Shown here: one piece after another, positions 1 through 10,290 of the stretch
Position numbering within the stretch: the first letter of the stretch is position 1
Layout: each line of letters starts with the position of its first letter
Assembly: GCA_038078735.1 (NCBI GenBank)
Contig: JBBTTI010000003.1
Span: 8,538 to 72,537, forward strand
DNA from: Patescibacteria group bacterium
GTDB lineage: Bacteria; Patescibacteriota; Minisyncoccia; Minisyncoccales; CAZWNE01
Direction: 5' to 3'
Length of the DNA stretch: 64,000 nt
The notes under the pieces: generated by a model
What the model was told of the DNA's origin: nothing
Databases searched by the model: none
What the model saw: the letters and a program-made list of their open reading frames with translations, nothing else
Program-made: the position numbers and the translations under genes

Positions 1-1
1 A

Positions 2-691
2 CCTGTTAAGATTATTGCTGAAAAATATAATATTCCTGTTGGACATTCAATGTCTAACATAAAAGACTTGAAACCAGATTTAATTGTGGTGGCTGCTTAT
101 GGTCAGATTTTACCTAAAGAGATTTTGGAAATTCCTAAATATGGCTGTTTAAATGTTCATCCTTCTTTGCTACCAAAGTACAGGGGTGCAACCCCTGTAC
201 AATCTGCTATTCTAAACGGCGATAAGGAAACCGGAGTCAGTATTATTAAAATGGTAGAAAGGGTTGATGCGGGCGGAATAGTATCTAGTATTAAGTGTTT
301 AGTATCCAGAGACGAGACTTATAAAACTCTCTCTGACAAATTAGCGGACTTAGGGACTAAGTCCCTAAGTGAAGTAATCCCAGATTGGGTGGAAGGGAAA
401 ATAAAAGCTTTGCCGCAAGATGAAACAAAAGCGACTTATACGAAAATGATTAAGAAAGAAGATGGACTTATTGACTGGAAGAGCTCAATAGATTATATTG
501 AAAAGCAAGTGCGAGCCTTAAATCCGTGGCCTAGCACCTATACCCTATATAACGGGAAAATATTAAAAATACTAAAGGTAGAAATAACAAACAATAAGCT
601 AATAATAAAAGAGGTCCAGCCGGAAGGAAAAAAACCGATGAATTTTGAAGATTTTCTCCGCGGACATAATGATTTTAAAATACCATGTTAA
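2..691 (+). CDS. fmt: Methionyl-tRNA formyltransferase (5' end outside window)
   Basis: PDLIVVAAYGQIL, NVHPSLLPKYRGATP motifs; frame is open from window start (PVKIIAEKYNIPV). Confidence 0.95.
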   Translation, partial: PVKIIAEKYNIPVGHSMSNIKDLKPDLIVVAAYGQILPKEILEIPKYGCLNVHPSLLPKYRGATPVQSAILNGDKETGVSIIKMVERVDAGGIVSSIKCLVSRDETYKTLSDKLADLGTKSLSEVIPDWVEGKIKALPQDETKATYTKMIKKEDGLIDWKSSIDYIEKQVRALNPWPSTYTLYNGKILKILKVEITNNKLIIKEVQPEGKKPMNFEDFLRGHNDFKIPC

Positions 692-1254
692 CGCATAACG
701 ATTTAAAAAAAGGAATAATCGCTGTCATAGATGGCGAGCCATACGAAATTATTGAATCCCAGTCGGTAAAAATGGCCCAAAGAAGGCCGATTATTCAGTC
801 AAAAATAAAAAATTTAATTACCGGCAGAACAACTGAAAGAAATTTTCAGCAGGGCGATACTTTTGAAGAAGCGGAACTTATAAAACTTGAAAAAAAGTTT
901 TTATATTTTCACAAGGATCGCTATTTTTTTTGCGATGCAGATAATCCTTCAAAAAGATTTGATTTGAGCTTAGAACAAATAGGCCAGGGCGCCAAATTTT
1001 TAAAACCCAACCAAATTATGGAGGTAGTAACTTTTCAAGATAAAATAATCAAAATTTCTTTGCCGATTAAAATTCAACTAAAAGTTATCGAAGCGCCACC
1101 GGGAGTTATGGGAGATCGCGCTCAAGGCGGGACCAAATCCGTTACCTTGGAAAGCGGAGCTCAAATTAATGTCCCTCTTTTTATTGAGCAGGACGACGTT
1201 ATTGAAATCAACACTGAAACCGGCGAGTATACAAAACGAGTTGAGGCGGAATAG
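685..1254 (+). CDS. efp: Elongation factor P
   Basis: PPGVMGDRAQGGTK...LESGAQINVPLFI...INTETGEY C-terminal signature. Confidence 0.93.
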   Translation: MLTHNDLKKGIIAVIDGEPYEIIESQSVKMAQRRPIIQSKIKNLITGRTTERNFQQGDTFEEAELIKLEKKFLYFHKDRYFFCDADNPSKRFDLSLEQIGQGAKFLKPNQIMEVVTFQDKIIKISLPIKIQLKVIEAPPGVMGDRAQGGTKSVTLESGAQINVPLFIEQDDVIEINTETGEYTKRVEAE

Positions 1255-1256
1255 GA

Positions 1257-2270
1257 CTAAGCGTTGTGTTTTATTTCAATAACATCGCCGTCTTGAACGA
1301 TATATTCCTTGCCTTCGGTGCGGATTAAGCCCTTCGCGCGGCTCAGGGCAAAACCGTTTTCATTTAGAAGATCCTGCCAATTTATTACTTCCGCCTTGAT
1401 AAAATGGGTTTCAAAATCGCTGTGGATTTGGCCTGCGGCTTGAGGCGCTGTCTGGCCTTTTTTTATTGTCCAAGCCCGGGTTTCATCCGGTCCAGTTGTA
1501 AAAAAAGTTATTAAACCAAGTATTTCATAAGCTTTTCTAACTAAAATATCCATTTCTGAATCTAAGGGCAGGCCGAGCTCCAATCTTTCTTCTTTGCTTA
1601 AACCGGTGGCTTCAAACTCAGTTAAAATGTCTATTATTAAAAACGGCCAATTATTTTTTTTAAATTCTTCTATTATATTTTGCGGGACTTCTTCATCCCG
1701 GCCATTCAGTAAATATAATCTCGGCTTCATCGTCAGCAGTTGATACGGCTGAATAATTTTTAATTCTTCGGCGCTGAAATTCTGCTCGCTTAAAATTTTC
1801 CCATTTGCCAGAAAATCCTTAACCCTTCCCGGAACTTCTATTTTTTTCTCAACCGTTTCCATATCTTTCAGTATTAATTCCGTATCCAATATCTCCTTAT
1901 CAAATAATGGGTTCACTACCGATTGAGTGTTTATTATGTCTGATTTTAAGAAAGCTCTTAGAATGTAAACAATGGCGTTTGTTTCCCTGATATTAGCCAA
2001 AAATTTATTGCCCAAACCTTCGCCCTTATTGGCTCCTTTGACCAAACCGGCAATGTCAAAAAATTCAATCGTGGTATATATTTTTTTTAGGGATTTAGTT
2101 AATTCGGCCAGTTTATCCACCCTATCATCTGCAACCGCAACCACGCCCACATTTGGGTCAATAGTGCAGAAAGGATAATTCGCTCTATCCACCTGCTTTT
2201 TAGTTATTGTTTCAAAAAGAGTTGACTTGCCCACATTAGGCAAGCCGACTATCCCGATAGATAAAGGCAT
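1257..2270 (-). CDS. ychF: Redox-regulated ATPase YchF (Obg family)
   Basis: GIVGLPNVGKST, NYPFCTIDPN, DIAGLVKGA, TFFTTGPDETRAW. Confidence 0.95.
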   Translation of the reverse strand: MPLSIGIVGLPNVGKSTLFETITKKQVDRANYPFCTIDPNVGVVAVADDRVDKLAELTKSLKKIYTTIEFFDIAGLVKGANKGEGLGNKFLANIRETNAIVYILRAFLKSDIINTQSVVNPLFDKEILDTELILKDMETVEKKIEVPGRVKDFLANGKILSEQNFSAEELKIIQPYQLLTMKPRLYLLNGRDEEVPQNIIEEFKKNNWPFLIIDILTEFEATGLSKEERLELGLPLDSEMDILVRKAYEILGLITFFTTGPDETRAWTIKKGQTAPQAAGQIHSDFETHFIKAEVINWQDLLNENGFALSRAKGLIRTEGKEYIVQDGDVIEIKHNA

Positions 2271-2275
2271 ATATT

Positions 2276-2641
2276 TTATTCCTCGGCTTCTTGTTTAGTC
2301 TTATGGATTGTTCCGTCGGCATGATTTGGCGGAGCATAAATAGTATAGAGTTTAAGCGGTTCGTTTGAAGAAGTATTGATAATATTATGTTTTGTTCCGG
2401 CTGGGACGACTAAAACAAAGCCGTCTTTAATTATTGATTCCTCGCCCTCTAAAATTACTTTACCTGTCCCCTTTTCAAATCTGAAAAACTGATCCAAATT
2501 TTCATGCACTTCCTCCCCTATTTCCTCCAATGGTTTCAAAGACATCAAAACCAACTGGCAATTTTTTGCCGTAAAAATAACTTTTCTAAAAAAATTATTA
2601 TTTCGGACGTCTTGTTCTATATTTGTAATAAATCCCTTCAT
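2276..2641 (-). CDS. Cupin domain protein
   Basis: EIGEEVH..LDQFFRFEKG, VPAGTKHNI, LYTIYAPPNH. Confidence 0.85.
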   Translation of the reverse strand: MKGFITNIEQDVRNNNFFRKVIFTAKNCQLVLMSLKPLEEIGEEVHENLDQFFRFEKGTGKVILEGEESIIKDGFVLVVPAGTKHNIINTSSNEPLKLYTIYAPPNHADGTIHKTKQEAEE

Positions 2642-2650
2642 GTTTTTATC

Positions 2651-3244
2651 TTACCATAGCCATTTGGGAATTGGAATAGCGATTGTCTTTATCTCGTCCT
2701 TTGTTGCTAATTTAAAAGAAATTGAGGTAGCGCAAAGGCAGATGTTTCTATCTTGGCGAACAATAGAATGACCCAATAATTCTAACTGATTGCGAATTTG
2801 GTGGAATCGTCCGGTCTTAAGATTAATCTTAAGAAGAGAGTATTTATTATTAGAAGTAATAACTTCATAGTCAAGTTCGGCTCTTTTTGGTTTACCCGCA
2901 TCGCCTTTTTTAAGAAAATTTACTAAGTTTCCTTTGTTTTGTTTCGGCCTTCCTAAAATCAAGGCGTGATATATTTTCTCAATCGTTCTATTTCTAAATT
3001 GTTCTGAAAGCCGGGAAGCCCCTTTGCTGGTTTTAGCAAATAAAACAATGCCTGAAGCCGGTCTGTCCAAGCGGTGCAGCAAACCCAAAAAGACGTTTCC
3101 GGGCTTCTTATACTTCTCTTTGAGATAAGACTTCACCTCATCCATCAAGCACCTATCGCCCGTAATGTCTCCCTGCGTCAAAACCCCTGCCGGCTTAAAC
3201 ACCGCAATCAAATGATTATCCTCGTATAAAACTTTTAAATCCAT
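2651..3244 (-). CDS. RluA-family pseudouridine synthase (shortened)
   Basis: LYEDNHLIAVFKPAG, HRLDRPASG, KTGRFHQIR. Confidence 0.88.
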   Translation of the reverse strand: MDLKVLYEDNHLIAVFKPAGVLTQGDITGDRCLMDEVKSYLKEKYKKPGNVFLGLLHRLDRPASGIVLFAKTSKGASRLSEQFRNRTIEKIYHALILGRPKQNKGNLVNFLKKGDAGKPKRAELDYEVITSNNKYSLLKINLKTGRFHQIRNQLELLGHSIVRQDRNICLCATSISFKLATKDEIKTIAIPIPKWLW

Positions 3245-3247
3245 ATT

Positions 3248-4486
3248 TTATACCGCAGATTGGCCGGCGAGAAAACCGGTGCTCCAGCAAAGCTGGAGAT
3301 TATAGCCGCCCGTCGGGCCGTGTAAATTAATAATTTCTCCGGCAAAAAACAAATTTTCAATCAATTTTGATTTCATAGTTTTTGCATCAATCTCTTTTAA
3401 AGAAACGCCTCCTGATGTGATTATCGCCGTTTCAAATCCTAATAACGATAAAACTGTCATTTTTAACCCTTTTAATAATTTAACCAATCCCTGCCTTTCT
3501 TCCTTTGTTATTTCGTTCACTTTTTTCAAGGGATTAATCCCTGATAACTCAATAATAATGGGAATTAATTTTTGAGGCAATAAATCCCTTAAAGAATTCT
3601 TAAAAAATTTCGTCCTATATTTTAGAAAATCGCTTTGAATTCTTTTATCTAGTACTTGTAAGTTAAGGGCGGGTTTCAAATCCAAATTTAATTCTACCTT
3701 ACCTTTATCTAAAAGTTCCCCTACTTTTCCGCTTAAATCCAAAACAATGGGACCGGATATGCCAAAATGAGTAAAAAGAAATTCGCCAAAACGGCTGTCT
3801 TTTTTCTTGCCATTCAGAAAAACCGTCAACTCAACATTTTTTAAAGATAGCCCTTGGGCCATTTTTGGCCAGGCCTCTTTTATTCTCAAAGGAACCAAGG
3901 CCGGTCTTAGTTTTTCAATCTTATGACCTAATTTTTCTGCCCATTGATAGCCGTCGCCCCGAGACCCGGTCTCGGGATACGATTTCCCGCCGGTAGCAAT
4001 AATGTAATTTTTAGCCGCGATTGTTTTATTATTATTTAAAATAATTTTTGCTATCTTATTATTATCTCTAATAATCTCTTTTACTCCGGAATTTGTAATA
4101 ATTTCAACCTCGCTTTTTTTCAGATAATCAATTAATATATCCAGCACATCGCTGGCTTTATCGCTTTCGGGAAATATTCTTTTTCCCCGTTCAATTTTTG
4201 TTTTCAATCCCCTCTTTTCAAAAAATTCAATGGTTTTTTCCACGCTAAGGGCCGCCAAAGGACTTAAAAGAAAATCCCCTTCTCTGCCATATTTTTTAAC
4301 AAGTTCTTGGGGATTGAAATCAGCTCTGGTGATATTGCTTCTCCCTTTTCCGGTAATTAATAATTTCCTGCCCAAAGAAGCGTTTTTTTCCAGCAACGCA
4401 ACTTTTCCTCCCAGCTCTCCGGCCCTTCCTGCCGCCATCATCCCCGCCGGTCCCCCGCCAATAACCACAACATCATAATTGAGCAT
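3248..4486 (-). CDS. HI0933/YhiN (BaiN)-family flavoprotein
   Basis: GGGPAGMMAA, GRKLLITGKGRSN, ATGGKSYP.TGS.GDGY, GPTGGYNLQ. Confidence 0.9.
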   Translation of the reverse strand: MLNYDVVVIGGGPAGMMAAGRAGELGGKVALLEKNASLGRKLLITGKGRSNITRADFNPQELVKKYGREGDFLLSPLAALSVEKTIEFFEKRGLKTKIERGKRIFPESDKASDVLDILIDYLKKSEVEIITNSGVKEIIRDNNKIAKIILNNNKTIAAKNYIIATGGKSYPETGSRGDGYQWAEKLGHKIEKLRPALVPLRIKEAWPKMAQGLSLKNVELTVFLNGKKKDSRFGEFLFTHFGISGPIVLDLSGKVGELLDKGKVELNLDLKPALNLQVLDKRIQSDFLKYRTKFFKNSLRDLLPQKLIPIIIELSGINPLKKVNEITKEERQGLVKLLKGLKMTVLSLLGFETAIITSGGVSLKEIDAKTMKSKLIENLFFAGEIINLHGPTGGYNLQLCWSTGFLAGQSAV

Positions 4487-4500
4487 AAATAGTTTAATTT

Positions 4501-5472
4501 TTAATAATTTGTCGTAATCGTTCGGTGATAAGGCAATAACGGTTCATTTTCTTTAGATAAAACCCATAAAATCCAATCGAGATTACTTGATGTTAAACCC
4601 CTGCCTAAGCCGTTTAATTCCCCAAGGAGCAATTCACAAGCATAAATGGTATTTGTCCTTATTTCTATTTCTTCCCGAGAATTCTTTTCAATTAACTCAT
4701 AATTCGCGAGCTTATTCTTTAATTTTTCACTATAAACTAGTATCCCCTCTGACTCTAAAAGTTGTGGCAACTTATAATCGGCAAATATAGTTAGATCTTC
4801 CATGTTTTTAAAATATCCCGTATTCTTATTTTGAAAAGCGTAATTTATATCACTGACAAATAATTGGGCTCTTTTTAAAAAATATATCTTTTGTCCATTG
4901 GATTCGAAATAATCATTAAAACTTGGGAAATCATTAATAATTAACTCCACAAGTTTATTAACGTTATTTTTTGCCGCCGTAACTAAATTTATAGCCTTGC
5001 CATTATATTTTTCTTGAAGTATTTTAAAGTTTTCTCGGATAATTTCGTGTCGTTCTTTCAACAGTAATAACTCTCCCCTACTCTCAAAAATCTTAGCAAA
5101 TTCGTCAAAAGTTATTTCCGACAAATATGATGCATCAAGTAATTTTTTATCAGCTAAAAACGCTTTTTTAATCGCGTAAGAAAAAGCGTAATAGCCATGC
5201 AGCCACTGGTCGTCTTTTTCAAACTCCCACCGTTTTTTCTCTTGAGTATTCCAAAAACAAAAATTAATACTATCTAGAAAAAAATAGTATTGAACAGTTT
5301 CTTCGGGACTCCCTAAAAATTGCAAGACATTATCCCAGCCAGGAATAGGATATTTTTCAAGTTTTTTTGCTAAAAGAGTAATTTTCGAATTATCTATCCT
5401 AACCGAAGAACTGTTTTTTACAACAGGATCAATTGATCTTAAAATTTTTTCTTTGATAGAAATATTCTCCAT
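4501..5472 (-). CDS. Queuosine salvage protein (DUF2419/Qng1-like nucleotide N-glycosylase)
   Basis: LDSINFCFW, FLKRAQLFVSD, LTIFADYKLPQLL, EIEIR, PYHRTITTNY. Confidence 0.85.
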   Translation of the reverse strand: MENISIKEKILRSIDPVVKNSSSVRIDNSKITLLAKKLEKYPIPGWDNVLQFLGSPEETVQYYFFLDSINFCFWNTQEKKRWEFEKDDQWLHGYYAFSYAIKKAFLADKKLLDASYLSEITFDEFAKIFESRGELLLLKERHEIIRENFKILQEKYNGKAINLVTAAKNNVNKLVELIINDFPSFNDYFESNGQKIYFLKRAQLFVSDINYAFQNKNTGYFKNMEDLTIFADYKLPQLLESEGILVYSEKLKNKLANYELIEKNSREEIEIRTNTIYACELLLGELNGLGRGLTSSNLDWILWVLSKENEPLLPYHRTITTNY

Positions 5473-5523
5473 AATAAATCTATCATATCAAAAAATCGCC
5501 CCGATGAAAGAGGGACGATTTTT

Positions 5524-5579
5524 TTACTCTATAAATGTCAGGGCCTTGCCTTTTTTGTTCCAGCGGCCGGTTCGGCCGA
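5524..5579 (-). pseudogene. Duplicated 3' end of the DEAD-box helicase gene
   Basis: Near-identical to 6537-6592; encodes GRTGRWNKKGKALTFIE* with synonymous changes. Confidence 0.9.
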
Positions 5580-5746
5580 ATTAAGTGACTCCCGAAGTCG
5601 CTTAACTCCACAAATAGAATGTTAGACACTAAGTACCTAACATCCGACCAGTAGTATAGTAGAGACCCGATCTCTACCTAAGACTTTGGCGATAAAATAA
5701 AAAACCACCCTTCAAATTCATCGGGATGATTTCTTATCCTACGTTA

Positions 5747-5887
5747 TTAAACATTGAATGTTTGATAAACTACAAGTTTCTTTGCTAATAAGGGTATTTT
5801 TGAGTTGTCTATCTGGACAAAAGAACTGTTTTTTATAACAGGATCAATCGATCTTAAAATTTTCTCTTTTATAGAAATATTCTCCAT
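5747..5887 (-). pseudogene. Diverged duplicate of the 5' end of the Q-salvage gene
   Basis: MENISIKEKILRSIDPVIKNSSFVQIDNSKIPLLAKKL vs MENISIKEKILRSIDPVVKNSSSVRIDNSKITLLAKKL; stops inside palindrome 5745-5767. Confidence 0.9.
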
Positions 5888-6214
5888 AATATATTTATCC
5901 TATCAAAAAATCGCCTGCTTGGCGATTCTTGTTGAGATGTTAAACACTGAGTACCTAACATTCTATTCTACTGGCACCCTATTGAAGTCAGGCTTCAATA
6001 GAGAGACTTTAACAGAGACTTAAAATAAAAAACCACCCTTTAATAAACTCAGGGTGATTTTTTGTCCTAAATAAATCTTCTTTTGAACACTTACTTAGGG
6101 GAAAGAGAGAAGGGAGGAAAGGTTCTTGTTCTATCCTTAACTTTGTAATTACTCACAAAGGAAGTCCAATTACCCTTTTTAGGATTTCTCCACCTTGCCT
6201 TCTCTCTTATTGGG

Positions 6215-6436
6215 TTACGAGATTGCTTTCATCTGTTTTTGAAAAACTTCTTCTAACAAGCTCTTTGAAAGCTCAAGAAGTTCTTCAGCCGTTACGTGGA
6301 TGGCAACCATCTCTGGTTCCTTCACGGAATTACCAATATTCCGTTTAATATTGGCAATATCCCGAAGAGCCATTTCTTTCCGAAACTGAGCTTTTACAAG
6401 GGCTAAAGCTATCTCGCCTTTTCTCCTCTCGTCCAT
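6215..6436 (-). CDS. Hypothetical protein (cassette-type)
   Basis: ORF with strong SD AAGGAGGTGA before ATG at 6436. Confidence 0.7.
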   Translation of the reverse strand: MDERRKGEIALALVKAQFRKEMALRDIANIKRNIGNSVKEPEMVAIHVTAEELLELSKSLLEEVFQKQMKAIS

Positions 6437-6536
6437 TGTTCTCACCTCCTTTCTGTAAAAATTTGGAAACGAGAGAGAAACCTTTAAGGTGCTTTGGAAA
6501 GAATTCTACTCTCTTTCCATACCATATGATAACACT

Positions 6537-7736
6537 TTACTCTATAAATGTCAAGGCTTTGCCTTTTTTGTTCCAGCGGCCGGTTCGGCCGATTCTGTGG
6601 ATATATTCGTCAAAAGTCGCCGGCACATCAAAATTAATAACATGGCTGACATCGGCAATATCAAGACCCCTAGCCGCCACATCAGTTGCCACTAAAATTT
6701 GAATACGGCTTTCTTTAAACATAGTTAGGGCTTTTTGGCGCTGGGAGTGATTTTTATTTCCGTGGATGGATTCCGCCCTAAAACCTTTTTGAATAAGTAT
6801 TTTTGAGAGCCGTTCCACTCCGTGCTTGGTTCTGCCGAAAATAAGCACCTTGGTAAATTCCTCTTTAATCAAAAGATTATCAAGAACATCTATTTTATTT
6901 TTACCCCGATCTATTCTGACAATATCCTGATCAACATTACTTGAAGTGTCTCTGGTTTTTACCGAAACTCTTATCGGATTTTTAAGAAATTCTTTGATAA
7001 TTTTTTCCACCGAGTAAGGAATGGTTGCCGAAAAAAACAGCACCTGTTTTTCTTTTGGCAAACCGTTCATTATAAAACGGGTGTCCTGGATAAAACCCAT
7101 ATCAAGCATCCGATCAGCTTCATCCAAAACAACGGTATTAAATCTGGATAAATTAATCATCCTTCTTTCTATCAGGTCCTTGAGCCGGCCGGGCGTGCCG
7201 ATAATTAAATTATAATTATAGCGAAGCTCGGAAATTTGTTTGCCGATGCTCATTCCGCCGACGCAGCAAACGGAAAAAATCCGCATTCCTTTAGTAAAAG
7301 ATTTAAGCTCCTGGTCTATTTGAATGGCCAACTCGCGGGTCGGAGTGACAATCAAAACTTGTTCTTTCGGATTTAATAAAATTTTATTAATAAGGGGTAT
7401 GAGAAAAGCGGCTGTTTTGCCCGTGCCGGTATTGGCAATACCGACAACATCCGAACCGTCAATAATATGAGAAATAATCCGATCTTGGATGGGCGTAGGC
7501 GCATCGTAACCTTTGGCCAAAATAGCCCGAATTATTCGCTGGTCAATTTTAAAATCCTGAAATTTGTGTTCAGATATAAAATTCTCCATTCCTTCTATCT
7601 TTTCAACTACGACTGCTTTATTAATAAATCTTGCCGGATCTATTCTTTCTCCGCGTGAAAACCCCCTTCCTCTAGAAGGGGGCGCTTTAGTCAAGAATTT
7701 TCTTGATCCCGTGTAATGAAAGTTTCTACTATACAT
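6537..7736 (-). CDS. DEAD/DEAH-box RNA helicase
   Basis: PTPIQ, ANTGTGKT, PTRELA, LDEADRMLDMGF, SAT, HRIGRTGR. Confidence 0.95.
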   Translation of the reverse strand: MYSRNFHYTGSRKFLTKAPPSRGRGFSRGERIDPARFINKAVVVEKIEGMENFISEHKFQDFKIDQRIIRAILAKGYDAPTPIQDRIISHIIDGSDVVGIANTGTGKTAAFLIPLINKILLNPKEQVLIVTPTRELAIQIDQELKSFTKGMRIFSVCCVGGMSIGKQISELRYNYNLIIGTPGRLKDLIERRMINLSRFNTVVLDEADRMLDMGFIQDTRFIMNGLPKEKQVLFFSATIPYSVEKIIKEFLKNPIRVSVKTRDTSSNVDQDIVRIDRGKNKIDVLDNLLIKEEFTKVLIFGRTKHGVERLSKILIQKGFRAESIHGNKNHSQRQKALTMFKESRIQILVATDVAARGLDIADVSHVINFDVPATFDEYIHRIGRTGRWNKKGKALTFIE

Positions 7737-7758
7737 ATAATAAAATTATACACTATCA

Positions 7759-8868
7759 CTATTGCTTTGTCAATAAATATTGCTTACCCTTTAATTTATC
7801 GGGTAAAAATGACTCTTTGGAGTATTTATCGTAACCGTTGCCGGGATTGTTACGCAGTTCCATGGGAATGGGCAAATTGCCATATTGTTTGACATCGGCC
7901 GTTGCCGCTATATAAGCTTCGTAAGCGCTCCGATCTTTTTTAGCTTGGCATAAATAAACCACTCCGGTTGCCAGATTAATGCCGCATTCAGGCAAACCGA
8001 TTATTTCTACTGCCCTAAAAACATCGTTAGCCACCACCAAGGCCGTAGGCAAAGCTAGGCCGATATCTTCTGAAGCAAAAATAACCATTCTTCTGGCGAT
8101 AAATTTGGGATCTTCCCCCGAATCAATCATCCGCGCCAAATAATACAAAGCCGCATCTGGCTGCGAAGCCCTCATGCTTTTAATAAAAGCGGAAATAGTG
8201 TTGTAATGCTCATCCCCTGCTTTGTCGTATCTTAAAAATTTTGACTGGAGAGCATTTTTTAAATTCTCTTTAGTAATTTCCTTATAAAGTTCTCTAGTAT
8301 TTTCCAGCATAGTTATCGCCTGCCTGGCATCGCCATTGGCCATGTTAATCAGCCAGTCCTCGGCTTCTTTATCCATTTTTAAACCGATTCTCTTGATAAT
8401 GGCTTTCATATTATCTTCTGAAAGTTCGTTCAAAACAAAAACTCGACAGCGAGAAAGCAGAGCCGGGATAACTTCAAAGCTTGGATTTTCAGTTGTCGCG
8501 CCAATCAAGGTAATCTCCCCTCTTTCAACATAAGGCAGTAAAAAATCCTGTTGTGATTTGTTAAAGCGATGGATTTCATCTAAAAATAAAACCTTGGGCA
8601 CTCCCTGCGAATCTTCTTCCAGTAATTTTTTTATATCTGCCTTGCCAGCTGAAACAGCTGATAATTCATAAAGCTTAGCGTCTAAACTATTGGCATATAT
8701 TTTAGCCAAAGTCGTTTTTCCTGTTCCCGGAGGCCCCCACAAAACAAAAGAAAACAAATGCTTTTGCTTTATAGCAACATTCAAGGGCCTATTCTCCCCG
8801 ACCAAATGTTCTTGCCCGACAAATTCCTCCAAATTTTTCGGTCTGATTTTCGACGCCAGCGGTTCCAT
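7759..8868 (-). CDS. rarA: Replication-associated recombination protein A (MgsA/RarA)
   Basis: [49 protein letters not shown]. Confidence 0.93.
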   Translation of the reverse strand: MEPLASKIRPKNLEEFVGQEHLVGENRPLNVAIKQKHLFSFVLWGPPGTGKTTLAKIYANSLDAKLYELSAVSAGKADIKKLLEEDSQGVPKVLFLDEIHRFNKSQQDFLLPYVERGEITLIGATTENPSFEVIPALLSRCRVFVLNELSEDNMKAIIKRIGLKMDKEAEDWLINMANGDARQAITMLENTRELYKEITKENLKNALQSKFLRYDKAGDEHYNTISAFIKSMRASQPDAALYYLARMIDSGEDPKFIARRMVIFASEDIGLALPTALVVANDVFRAVEIIGLPECGINLATGVVYLCQAKKDRSAYEAYIAATADVKQYGNLPIPMELRNNPGNGYDKYSKESFLPDKLKGKQYLLTKQ

Positions 8869-8910
8869 AAATTTAGCTTACCTTTTCATTTCATCTCCGC
8901 CAAGAGACAA

Positions 8911-8937
8911 CTATTTGGACATCGGATGTCCAAATAG
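8911..8937. repeat. Palindrome CTATTTGGACATCGGATGTCCAAATAG (REP-like)
   Basis: 12-bp perfect arms; core TGGACATCGGATGTCCA recurs at 43863-43879 in trmD. Confidence 0.8.
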
Positions 8938-8943
8938 CGTAGG

Positions 8944-9078
8944 CTATTTTTTATTTATGTATTTTAATAAAGCGATTATGCCTAAAACCAACAGGGTAGT
9001 CGCTAAAGTATAGGTAATCCAAGAAAAAAACATCATCCCGCCGCCTGCTCCGCCCATCATATAATTATAATCCATCAT
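8944..9078 (-). CDS. Small membrane protein (44 aa, Met/Gly-rich N-terminus)
   Basis: Hand translation MMDYNYMMGGAGGGMMFFSWITYTLATTLLVLGIIALLKYINKK; below ORF-track cutoff. Confidence 0.6.
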   Translation of the reverse strand: MMDYNYMMGGAGGGMMFFSWITYTLATTLLVLGIIALLKYINKK

Positions 9079-9258
9079 AGATCAAGTCCGCCTCTGGCGG
9101 ACGCAGATAAAGATGAAGCAACAGCTTCATCGCCTAATCGACCTTTCTATATTTTATTATACACTAAATTTTTAATTTATTATCAAACCCCACCAGTAGT
9201 AATAACTATGCTATAGCAATGATATTACTATTCCTAAATTTTATATTTGAATAAATAA

Positions 9259-9290
9259 GAACGGGTAAACGCGAATGCGTTTACCCGTTT
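9259..9290 (-). terminator. Hairpin terminator downstream of 9375-10127
   Basis: AACGGGTAAACGC-gaat-GCGTTTACCCGTT perfect stem. Confidence 0.65.
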
Positions 9291-9374
9291 TAGCTCAATC
9301 TGTTGCCGAGCTTCTGTTATGCAGAAGCGAAGGCGAAGAAGAGATTTATCTCTTCGCCTAATTGTTTTGGCCAG

Positions 9375-10127
9375 TTATTTCTGGCCGAAGTAACCGGTCA
9401 ACACAGCGATTGGTCCAACCTGGTACTGGGCTAAAGAATTTAGGCCGACAAGTCTTCCTTCTTTATTAAAGTCGGGCTTATCTGTTAAAGGAATTAATCG
9501 GATATCATAACCGTGACCCTTCATACCAGGTGGTGGTCCGGGAGGACCATATTGATTCGCCGGCATACCAAATTCTTTAAAATTAGTCGTTATTTCTAAC
9601 GATCCTGCCGGCATCTTCCCAGGACTCGCGCCTTCAGGCAGTCCGTTAATTTCTGGCGGGAGTAATGCTGCCCAATGTAAGAAAACGTCTCCTGGGAAAG
9701 TACTACAAGGGGGCATTTTCCCATACACAGGCACCTCTTGATTACAAGGAAAGTCAGGATCGGTCATTACCAATAAAAGAGCCTTTGTCCCGACTGGAAT
9801 ACCTCCCCATTTAAGAGGTGGAGAAACCGCTTTTTCGCCTGCATATTTTTGTGGAATCACGCCACCGGATATGAAAGCTGGCGAATATATAAAAAGTTGA
9901 AAACCAGCATCACCTTTCAGACCTGCTGGACCTGCCGGACCACGATCACCGGCTGAGCCAGCTGGACCTCTTTCTCCGGGCGGACCGTTGACTCCGTTTT
10001 TACCTGCCGGCCCTACTGGGCCCATTGGTCCGATTGGACCTTGAGAACCAGTTATCCCGGGTGCCCCTTGGCATGCCACAACTAAAACCAAAATCAGTGC
10101 CAATGCTACCAAGTATATTTTTTTCAC
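9375..10127 (-). CDS. Lipoprotein with collagen-like repeat and YbhB/YbcL (PEBP) domain
   Basis: Lipobox VVAC, long Gly-X-Y run, SPPLKW...LLVMTDPD...FLHW...YGPPGPP. Confidence 0.8.
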   Translation of the reverse strand: MKKIYLVALALILVLVVACQGAPGITGSQGPIGPMGPVGPAGKNGVNGPPGERGPAGSAGDRGPAGPAGLKGDAGFQLFIYSPAFISGGVIPQKYAGEKAVSPPLKWGGIPVGTKALLLVMTDPDFPCNQEVPVYGKMPPCSTFPGDVFLHWAALLPPEINGLPEGASPGKMPAGSLEITTNFKEFGMPANQYGPPGPPPGMKGHGYDIRLIPLTDKPDFNKEGRLVGLNSLAQYQVGPIAVLTGYFGQK

Positions 10128-10290
10128 CTTTCCTCCTTATTTTTTTACAGATTGAGCTGGGTTGCTGGCGTTATATTAACATCCTCCAAAGCTTTGTCAA
10201 TTAAATTGCTTCTTGTTGATGTATTTTAATCCAAGTGGTATATTAAGATAGTAAGGTAAAGGTCGGGCAATAAATTTTTAAAAAAATACT

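Noticed and set aside
5360-5915. Diversity-generating retroelement TR/VR pair
   Set aside because: Mismatches are not adenine-specific and no reverse transcriptase is present
9900-10070. DNA tandem repeat
   Set aside because: Explained by Gly-X-Y collagen-like coding
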